Shown here: one piece after another, positions 6,765 through 13,677 of the stretch
Layout: every line of letters starts with the position of its first letter
Position numbering within the stretch: position 1 is the stretch's first letter
DNA from: Methanobacteriota archaeon
GTDB taxonomy: Archaea > Thermoplasmatota > Poseidoniia > Poseidoniales > Poseidoniaceae
Assembly (NCBI GenBank): GCA_018650165.1
Contig: JABIGM010000013.1
Coordinates: 1-13,677, forward strand
Reading direction: 5' to 3'
DNA: 13,677 nt
The notes under the pieces: model-generated
Told to the model about the DNA's origin: nothing
Seen by the model: only the letters and a program-made list of their open reading frames with translations
Database searches by the model: none
Program-made: the position numbers and the translations under genes

Positions 6765-8264
6765 ATGGATGGGTTTTGGCTTGAGATGTGGTGGATGATA
6801 GCCGCGCTATTCATTGGCGTATGCATCGGCTCACTAACAGGTTTAATCCCTGGTTTCCACGTAAACAACGTGGCTCTAATTCTCCTCGGTGTTTCACCGG
6901 CATTATTGGCCATTGGAATACCGTTATCTGCTGCTGCTGGAATTATCGTTGCGACTGGAGTGGTTCATACATTCCTGAATTATATTCCATCTGCACTTAT
7001 TGGGGCACCCGGTGCCGATACTGCACTTGCATTACTTCCGGGTCACCGGATGCTGTTATCAGGAAATGCCCCAAAGGGAGTAGCTTACTCCGCAAGAGGA
7101 AGCCAACTCGGACTATTTCTTTCGCTCCCGCTAATCATTGCAGCAAGAATCGCTTTTGGACCTGAACTTGGATTATATGATACGCTTCGTGGCGCCTTAC
7201 CATTTGTCTTACTCTCAATTTCACTACTGTTATTAGCAACAGAAACAACAAGACTTGACTTCCCGGTGTGGGTTCAAAAAATCACTTGGGGCAAACTAGG
7301 CGGAGACTCTAGATTCGCCGGATACATCGCTGCAACAGCATTCTTCTTGCTATCGGGATTGTATGGCTGGGGTGTGTTTAATCTACCTGTTAGATCACCA
7401 GTAGATATGCCCGGAGCAGGCCTTTTATTACCTGCATTGGCTGGTCTATTCGGAATTGCTAATTTACTTGATATCTATGCGACCACATCAGAAATACCTC
7501 CACAAAAAGAGGATTGGGAATTACCGCCATCGGGCCCGTTAATGATTCCCTGTTTCCTATCCTCGTGCGCTGGTGCTGCAATGGGGGTTCTTCCCGGAAT
7601 GACTGCTGCTCAAGCAACAGTTCTAGTAATGGGTGGCAGAAATGCTGCTGCTAAGTTACAAGGGAAAGAGGGCGTAGGCCTCGATTGGGAAACTCGACAA
7701 CTCACACAGATGACTGATGAAGAATTACTCGCCTTAGCCCGTGCAGAAGCCGCTGGAGAAGGTGAAAGCCCTCACACCAAACAAGACTTGGAAATCATTG
7801 CACTACTATCTGCAACAAATACTGCAGTGACTGTGATGGTCCTTGGCTTCCTATACATCATTGGGCGTTCACGTTCTGGTGCAACTCTCGCATTGAAACA
7901 AATGTATCCTGTTGATACATGGAGTGGGCTTCATCCAACTACCGACTTCATTCGACTTCTCGCACTGACAATAGCCGCAGGTCTCATCGCTGTTCCTTTG
8001 ATGAGGCATGTCGGCAAAGGTATTCTTCAACTTCACGAAGCTGTGCCGCTACAATCAATGGTACTAGGAGTGATTATCTTCGTTACGGCTTTGGTTTGGT
8101 TGTCTACTGGATGGGTTGGAATCGGAGTACTAATCATTGGCACAATTATGGGTTTAATTCCACCACGAATCGGAATCAGAAGATCCCATGGAATGGGTAT
8201 TATCATCGTTCCAATTATGATTTACACATTTGCACAAAAGTACGATGCATTTGGATTCCTTTAA
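6765..8264 (+). CDS. TctA/DUF112 family (tripartite tricarboxylate transporter permease-like) membrane protein, archaeal stand-alone type
   Basis: Family motifs GSLTGLIPGFHVN, HTFLNYIPSALIGAPG..TALALLPGHRMLL.G; internal repeat GAAMGVLPGMT; many TM helices; GTGAGGGA RBS upstream. Confidence 0.9.
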   Translation: MDGFWLEMWWMIAALFIGVCIGSLTGLIPGFHVNNVALILLGVSPALLAIGIPLSAAAGIIVATGVVHTFLNYIPSALIGAPGADTALALLPGHRMLLSGNAPKGVAYSARGSQLGLFLSLPLIIAARIAFGPELGLYDTLRGALPFVLLSISLLLLATETTRLDFPVWVQKITWGKLGGDSRFAGYIAATAFFLLSGLYGWGVFNLPVRSPVDMPGAGLLLPALAGLFGIANLLDIYATTSEIPPQKEDWELPPSGPLMIPCFLSSCAGAAMGVLPGMTAAQATVLVMGGRNAAAKLQGKEGVGLDWETRQLTQMTDEELLALARAEAAGEGESPHTKQDLEIIALLSATNTAVTVMVLGFLYIIGRSRSGATLALKQMYPVDTWSGLHPTTDFIRLLALTIAAGLIAVPLMRHVGKGILQLHEAVPLQSMVLGVIIFVTALVWLSTGWVGIGVLIIGTIMGLIPPRIGIRRSHGMGIIIVPIMIYTFAQKYDAFGFL

Positions 8265-8270
8265 TCGAGA

Positions 8271-8290
8271 TGCAAAAAATTGTCTTAACT
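8271..8290 (+). promoter_or_regulatory. Possible BRE/TATA-like element upstream of the LTD-PLD gene
   Basis: A-rich tract followed by TCTTAAC (tgcaaaaaattgtcttaact) in the 81-nt gap, about 56-75 nt before ATG 8346; weak match. Confidence 0.2.
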
Positions 8291-8345
8291 CCACAAAAGA
8301 AAGCATCAAGGATGAGAGCGATTGTCGCTTGTCATGGGTGGGCTT

Positions 8346-11300
8346 ATGCGAACACACGTGTTATTCTTGACCGGCTTGTTATTACTGGCGCCAATGGCTG
8401 TAATAGTAGATTTTGCAGAAGCTACATCTGGGCGAGCAATCGCTTGCAGTGGACCGGTTTGTTTGAATGAGGCTTTACCTAACCCGCAAGGATACGATGA
8501 TGATGTTTGGCCAAATGGCGAATGGATGGAAATTTATAATTCAGGTTCTGCCCCTGTCGATGTTCTAAGTTGGACTTTAACAAATAAGGCAAATAAAGTT
8601 CTAACTTTTGATTCCGCTTCCATCGTAGGTTTCCAATCGGGAAATTCGAGTACTTGGACCATCCAACCAGGCGACTACATGGTAATTGCAAGGAATGGAA
8701 GTGCAAATTTCTACATGACCAATACCAATGACCAAATTACAATGGCTGATTCCTCTGGAACAACTTTGGGTCAGGCATCTTGGACCTACTCTGGTTCAGG
8801 AATAGGTTCTGGGAAGAGTTTGGAAGAGGATCCTGTTAGTGCCACTAATGATTGGATTGAAACTACCACGCCCACACCCGGTTCGGTGAATAATGCTGCA
8901 ACTGCACCTTTGGCATCTGATTTGATGATTACAGAGGTTATGGCTAATCCATGGCCTACCAATGATAGCGCATCATGGCCCGGCGGGGAATGGTTCGAGA
9001 TTTGGAACTCTGGTCAATCTGACATCGACCTAACTGGCTGGTCAGCGATTGACAACGCAGGTAATACAATTCCATTCAATGAAAGTCACCTAGTCGGTTC
9101 ATCGATGATAATTACTCCAGATGAGTACAGAGTGATTGCAATAAATTCCTCAAATGCATATGGTGTACTGAATAATGGTGGCGAAAATTTGCGTTTACTT
9201 TGGCCTAATGGTACTGAAGCACAATCGGTTTCATGGACTACATCTGTTGGCGGTTTCTCTTTATCACAGCAGCCAGATTCATCCTGGTCAATGGCGTCAT
9301 ACCCGACACCTGAAGCAGTTAATCCAATGCCTTGGGACATGATAGTTAGTGGTTCTTCTTTCATCCGAATTTCGGAAGTGATGCCAAACGCAACTATTGA
9401 TGGCGCGCCTCTGCCTGATGGTGATTGGCTGGAATTGCATAATACTGGAAATAGTGATTTTGATTTAGTGGGCTGGAAAATAATGGATGGCATGGGCAAT
9501 GACACACACATTGACATGTTGAGTCTCGAGCAAAACATGTCCCAGCCAGGTACTATGATTTCAGCTGATGGAAGACGGCTTGTACAGTTCTTTGACCGTA
9601 CTGAACTCTGGAACAACTATGACCAATTGATGCTGGTTGACCAGTTTGGAACAATTGTTCACAAGGCTTGGTGGAATACTGATTCAGGACTAAATGTATC
9701 CTTAGTTGAAACTCAAGACCCATTGCTCCCATGGTCACCAGCAAGTTGGCCTACGCCCGGACAACCTGAACCGGGTAACACTATTGTTACAGGAGATATT
9801 AGCTTCAACGAAATATTTGCAAATGCAGTTGGAAATGATACTGCAAATTGGCCCGATGGCGAATGGGTGGAACTAATTAACAATGGAAATCAATCTGTTG
9901 ATATCGCAAATTGGCACTTTACTTCTGGTACACGTAACTTCAACATCAATGAGCATCAAATGCCTTTCAAGTCTGATACAATTCTGGCACCAGGGGAAAT
10001 ATTCATCGTTGCAATTAATGGAAGTCAAGGATTTTATCTGAAAAATACTAATCCAGATACCATAGAATTACGTGACGCTTCAAACCAAATTATTTCGACA
10101 ATTACCTACAACTCAACTACAGAAGGTGAATCTAATTGGTATTGGAATGGGGATTGGTCACAAGCACCATGGGTAACACCTGGCGCAATGAATCCACAAA
10201 CTTCTCCATACACTGGAGACCATAGTATCGAAGTTACAGAAATTTTAGCACATTGCTCCGATGGAAGTGTAACTCCTGATGATGATTGGGTTGAAGTTCT
10301 CAATAATGGCACTCAAATGATCGACTTAAGTGCTTGGAGAATGCTATCTGACGATGGCGACTTATTCCATATGCGAAGTGATAGCCTTTGGAATACTTCT
10401 AGTCTGGTAATTGCACCAGGTGAAAGAGTTGTTTTCACTACTCCAAACTGGTTTATCAGTGGACTCGGGGGGTCGCTAGCAATAGAAGACCCAGATGGAA
10501 CGCTTGTTGACTTTGTCTCATGGACCATTACTACTGACTGCAAAACAATGAATCACGATGGAGAGGTTTTGCCATGGCCAACTCCTGGTGAGCCCGAACC
10601 GGAATCCTCTAGTTTTGCCGGTCCAGAAGATTTGATTTTCAGTCGCTTCATGTTTGAAGAAAAAAGTGCTTCGACCAATGATGAATTCTTTGAAATTAGT
10701 AACACTGGGAACTTAATGGCAATGCTAAATGGATGGATGATTCGTAAAACTACAACTGGCGGTGTTAGTTTCAATGGCTCGTTTACCTCCGGAGATATTC
10801 CTGCAGGTTCATCGGTAATCATTAGTCCAGATGCTAGTGCTGTTAAGGCCATGGGCACAACCCTTGTCCTCAATGCAGATGAAGTGATGGACTATCCTGT
10901 ATGGATGCCTAATAGTGGGGCTACTATGCAATTAATCGCACCAGATGGTACAATTGCAGATACCTTTGTTTATGGCAATGGACCAACCTCTGAGGCTGGA
11001 TGGAATGGGCCTGCAATTGGAGTTCCAGTAACTACTGTTGACCGTATCCTGTACTTGCGTGGAGATGGTTGTGGAGATATGCCGGATTCTGATTCTTCAG
11101 ATGATTGGGAAATGCGTTGGTCTGTTGCAGGGGCAAGCCATTTCTGTGGAGTAAATACATTCACAGATGATACAACAGTCACTCCATTAATCGGCCCAAG
11201 CAGTGGATTAAATGAAGTAATTACAATGCTGGAGAACGCTAATCAGTCCATTCATCTACACGTGTACCAACTACATCACCCCGACCTCGTAATGTCACTG

Positions 11301-13067
11301 ATTGAGGCAAGTATCAGAGGTGTCGAAATCACAGTGGTAATCCACGAACCTGAAAGCTGGTGGGGCTCATATGATGTTGAACAAAGCCTTGGGATGGCTT
11401 GGGAATTAGAAAATGCAAGTATTGACGTACTTCAATTCACTTCATCATCAACATCACCATACCAGTACATCCACTCAAAGGTTGCAGTAGTTGACTCTGC
11501 GCATGTATGGATTGGTTCGGGCAACTGGAAGGGCTCTAGTATGCCATCAGATGGCTCTGGTAACCGGGACTGGGGGGTCATCGTTGACAGTATAGATCTT
11601 GCAACAATTGTACTTGAGCGAATGGCTTTTGATGAAGACCCAAGTCAATTACATGTTGAAGATTCAACTTATTCTCAGCCAGAACAAGGCTCTTATTATC
11701 CTCCAACAGCATATACCCCTGTCACGACTACAGCAGCGATTAATGGCCCTGTCTCAGGGGAATTACTGACATGCCCTGATGATTGTATGCAGGGGTTATC
11801 GGACCTAATCGATTCTGCAGATACTGAGATTTTACTATCTCTGCAGTACTTCGAAATGGATTGGTATTGGGGATGGCAAGAAAACCCGCTTTTGGATTCA
11901 CTTGAAGATGCTGCAGCGAGAGGTGTTTCAATTCGATTGGCTATCAATCAGCACTATGTTAATGAAAATCCGGGAATTAGAGAAGCTGTCAATGAATTAA
12001 ATGACTGGAATGGTGATGTTGAAGCGATTCTGATGAGTGAAAATGAAACCGTTACTAAACTCCACAACAAGGGTGTCATCATTGATGGTGAAAGTGTGCT
12101 AATCTCTAGTATAAACTGGGGGGATAATTCAATTCTAAGAAATCGAGAGATGGGCTTGATTATTCATTCACAAGAAATCACGGCTCCATTTGAGCAATCA
12201 TTCTGGGAGGATTGGAACCGCCTAGACACTACAACGGATACCGACATTGATGGCATTCCAGATTTCTGGGAAGTTGAAAATAATCTATCACGAACAAATC
12301 AAGATTCGACTTTAGACCCGGATGGCGATGGCCTAACGAATATTGGCGAATTTTCATATGGTTCGAATCCACATTTGAATGACACTGATGGAGATTGTAT
12401 TAATGATAGCAATGAAATTTTGTGGGCCGCAACATTGGAAAATGTGAGTGCGAGTGATGCTCTTACTCTCACTGATGCTGATAGCGACGGAGTTGACGAC
12501 TACACTGTGGTTGGGTGTATACCTGAGAATACTGGTAGCACTGATGGAAATAACACAGATGGCCAAAATAATGACTCGATAGACGACACGATTGATCTAG
12601 ATAGTGACAATGATGGAATCGATAACTTCCTTGATGAATGCCCGGGAACTAAAGCCGGGGCTGCAACTGATAGCCAAGGTTGTTCAAGTGAACAAAACAA
12701 GAATCAAACATCTGATGCTTCAGGTGAAGAAGATAGTTCCAGTGGGTTAGATTTCATGTCTGTACTAATCATTGGAGGACTGATTGTCCTACTGGGTGCG
12801 GGAACAATTCTACTGACCAAGAAAAAAGACGCTAGCGAGGACGACTTTAGTATTGCATCACCGGAAATTGTAGAATCTAAATCATGGGAAATGCCTGTGC
12901 TTGATGGTACAAATCCGGAACCTGAACAAAACGATGGTCCAGACTTGAGTAAATTCCCTGGCTGGACTGCTGATCAGGTGCAAAATTATCTCGATTCAGG
13001 ATGGACTGAAGAACAACTTGTAGAGTGGTATAAGCAACAAATTGACAATAACGCCACAGAAGATTGA
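8346..13067 (+). CDS. Large membrane-anchored surface protein (1573 aa): signal peptide, 6 lamin-tail domains, phospholipase D-superfamily module (2 HKD), TSP3-like Ca-binding repeats, TM helix, cytoplasmic tail
   Basis: ATG 8346 with GGGTGGG RBS (track start 8322 is TTG); signal MRTHVLFLTGLLLLAPMAVIVDFAEA. Six (N/T/S)E...E(W/F)xE(I/L)xNxG...DLxGW LTD cores. HSKVAVVD..GSGNW (His 11472) and HNKGVIID..SSINW (His 12063). DxDxDG repeats about 12230-12690; TM FMSVLIIGGLIVLLGAGTILLT from 12753, then KKK. Confidence 0.92.
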   Translation: MRTHVLFLTGLLLLAPMAVIVDFAEATSGRAIACSGPVCLNEALPNPQGYDDDVWPNGEWMEIYNSGSAPVDVLSWTLTNKANKVLTFDSASIVGFQSGNSSTWTIQPGDYMVIARNGSANFYMTNTNDQITMADSSGTTLGQASWTYSGSGIGSGKSLEEDPVSATNDWIETTTPTPGSVNNAATAPLASDLMITEVMANPWPTNDSASWPGGEWFEIWNSGQSDIDLTGWSAIDNAGNTIPFNESHLVGSSMIITPDEYRVIAINSSNAYGVLNNGGENLRLLWPNGTEAQSVSWTTSVGGFSLSQQPDSSWSMASYPTPEAVNPMPWDMIVSGSSFIRISEVMPNATIDGAPLPDGDWLELHNTGNSDFDLVGWKIMDGMGNDTHIDMLSLEQNMSQPGTMISADGRRLVQFFDRTELWNNYDQLMLVDQFGTIVHKAWWNTDSGLNVSLVETQDPLLPWSPASWPTPGQPEPGNTIVTGDISFNEIFANAVGNDTANWPDGEWVELINNGNQSVDIANWHFTSGTRNFNINEHQMPFKSDTILAPGEIFIVAINGSQGFYLKNTNPDTIELRDASNQIISTITYNSTTEGESNWYWNGDWSQAPWVTPGAMNPQTSPYTGDHSIEVTEILAHCSDGSVTPDDDWVEVLNNGTQMIDLSAWRMLSDDGDLFHMRSDSLWNTSSLVIAPGERVVFTTPNWFISGLGGSLAIEDPDGTLVDFVSWTITTDCKTMNHDGEVLPWPTPGEPEPESSSFAGPEDLIFSRFMFEEKSASTNDEFFEISNTGNLMAMLNGWMIRKTTTGGVSFNGSFTSGDIPAGSSVIISPDASAVKAMGTTLVLNADEVMDYPVWMPNSGATMQLIAPDGTIADTFVYGNGPTSEAGWNGPAIGVPVTTVDRILYLRGDGCGDMPDSDSSDDWEMRWSVAGASHFCGVNTFTDDTTVTPLIGPSSGLNEVITMLENANQSIHLHVYQLHHPDLVMSLIEASIRGVEITVVIHEPESWWGSYDVEQSLGMAWELENASIDVLQFTSSSTSPYQYIHSKVAVVDSAHVWIGSGNWKGSSMPSDGSGNRDWGVIVDSIDLATIVLERMAFDEDPSQLHVEDSTYSQPEQGSYYPPTAYTPVTTTAAINGPVSGELLTCPDDCMQGLSDLIDSADTEILLSLQYFEMDWYWGWQENPLLDSLEDAAARGVSIRLAINQHYVNENPGIREAVNELNDWNGDVEAILMSENETVTKLHNKGVIIDGESVLISSINWGDNSILRNREMGLIIHSQEITAPFEQSFWEDWNRLDTTTDTDIDGIPDFWEVENNLSRTNQDSTLDPDGDGLTNIGEFSYGSNPHLNDTDGDCINDSNEILWAATLENVSASDALTLTDADSDGVDDYTVVGCIPENTGSTDGNNTDGQNNDSIDDTIDLDSDNDGIDNFLDECPGTKAGAATDSQGCSSEQNKNQTSDASGEEDSSSGLDFMSVLIIGGLIVLLGAGTILLTKKKDASEDDFSIASPEIVESKSWEMPVLDGTNPEPEQNDGPDLSKFPGWTADQVQNYLDSGWTEEQLVEWYKQQIDNNATED
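8451..11140 (+). repeat. Six tandem lamin-tail-domain repeats
   Basis: Approximate starts 8451, 8916, 9357, 9792, 10221, 10626; the first five end in a (W/Y/T/V)-x-TP(G/E) motif. Repeats 1 and 4 share 21/24 nt (8508-8531 vs 9849-9872, WPNGEWME vs WPDGEWVE). Confidence 0.8.
12230..12690 (+). repeat. Thrombospondin type-3-like DxDxDG calcium-binding repeats
   Basis: DTDIDGIPDFWE, DPDGDGLTNIGE..GSNPHLNDTDGDCIND, DADSDGVDD, DSDNDGIDNFLDECPGT...TDSQGC. Confidence 0.8.
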
Positions 13068-13099
13068 CAAGGGAGTGCCCTAATCGAGGAATGATTCAT

Positions 13100-13677
13100 A
13101 TGGTATTTCGCAGGGGCAATCCGGCACTCAACCCAGAACATTTTCGCGGCGGAATGGCCGCTGAACGAATGACTCTAGATGGTACAATTAACAAAACTCT
13201 AGCGCTATTAGGGCTAATTGCTGTGACTGGAACTTTGGCATATTCAATCAGTTCGCAATCACCAGGGATGTCAAGTTTGTTAATGATTGGAGGAGGCCTT
13301 GGCGGATTTATTTTAGCTCTAGTGATTATGTTCACTAGGCCTGCAAACCCTCAGGTTTTAATCAGCATGTATGCTCTTTTACAAGGATTATTCATCGGTG
13401 CATTTTCATTCGTAATCGAAAACTATTACTTGGGTGGAAATGAAGGAATTGTATTCCAAGCACTCATCGCAACAGCGGCAGTATTCGTAACAATGCTCAC
13501 ACTTTACCGATTTAGAGTGATCAAGCCTACTGAAAAATATGTACTCGCAGTAGTTTCTATGGCTGGAGCGATAATGATGGTTTATCTGATTAATTTCGTC
13601 ATGTCAATGCTCGGCACTGGCATACCTTTCCTCCATAGTAGTGGCCCGATTGGAATTGGGATTAGTGTTGTATTCAC
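13100..13677 (+). CDS. Bax inhibitor-1/YccA (TMBIM) family membrane protein, partial (3' end beyond right edge)
   Basis: Manual translation open to the edge: MVFRRGNPALNPEHF...RMTLDGTINKTLALL...LISMYALLQGLFIGAFS...GIVFQALIATAAVFVTMLTLYRFRVIKPTEKY. GAGGA (13086-13090) lies 9 nt before ATG 13100; in-frame ATG 13091 is too close to it. Not in the ORF track. Confidence 0.88.
   Translation, partial: MVFRRGNPALNPEHFRGGMAAERMTLDGTINKTLALLGLIAVTGTLAYSISSQSPGMSSLLMIGGGLGGFILALVIMFTRPANPQVLISMYALLQGLFIGAFSFVIENYYLGGNEGIVFQALIATAAVFVTMLTLYRFRVIKPTEKYVLAVVSMAGAIMMVYLINFVMSMLGTGIPFLHSSGPIGIGISVVF

Noticed and set aside
6788-8470. Alternative-frame ORFs 6788-7165 and 7919-8470 (183 aa)
   Set aside because: Out-of-frame overlaps of TctA with no recognisable motifs or RBS and atypical Ser/Arg/Cys/Trp-rich composition.
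3021-13335. Remaining short ORFs in the track, antisense or nested in the tRNA, HD, OB, LTD-PLD and BI-1 genes
   Set aside because: All overlap better-supported features and show no independent coding evidence.
1-13677. CRISPR arrays, IS elements, integrases, rRNA
   Set aside because: No regularly spaced direct repeats, terminal inverted repeats, transposase/integrase motifs or rRNA-like segments seen; all repeats found are protein-domain repeats.

Overview
Archaeal chromosomal segment, most consistent with Marine Group II (Ca. Poseidoniales) or a related marine Thermoplasmatota. This is an inference from GGTGA-type ribosome-binding sites, an archaeal tRNA-Ile2(CAU), a stand-alone archaeal TctA homologue, a PGF-CTERM-like sorting signal, acidic surface proteins and a marine-type NiSOD; no database search was run. 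Gene order: a partial membrane protein (minus, runs off the left edge, absent from the ORF track); a secreted PGF-anchored surface protein (minus); sodN-sodX (plus); tRNA-Ile2 and a SAMHD1-like HD phosphohydrolase (minus). A co-oriented plus-strand block follows: a membrane protein with SAP, EF-hand and about 5 OB-fold-like repeats; a TctA/DUF112 permease 13 nt downstream; a 1573-aa surface protein with 6 lamin-tail domains, a two-HKD phospholipase D-superfamily module, TSP3-like repeats and a C-terminal anchor; and a partial Bax inhibitor-1/YccA protein. No mobile element, CRISPR array or rRNA was seen. The best candidate for an undescribed system is the OB-fold + orphan TctA + LTD-PLD block, head-to-head with a dNTPase-like gene. 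It may be a surface capture, hydrolysis and uptake module for nucleic acids or other phosphodiesters. This is a hypothesis from domain content and gene order only.
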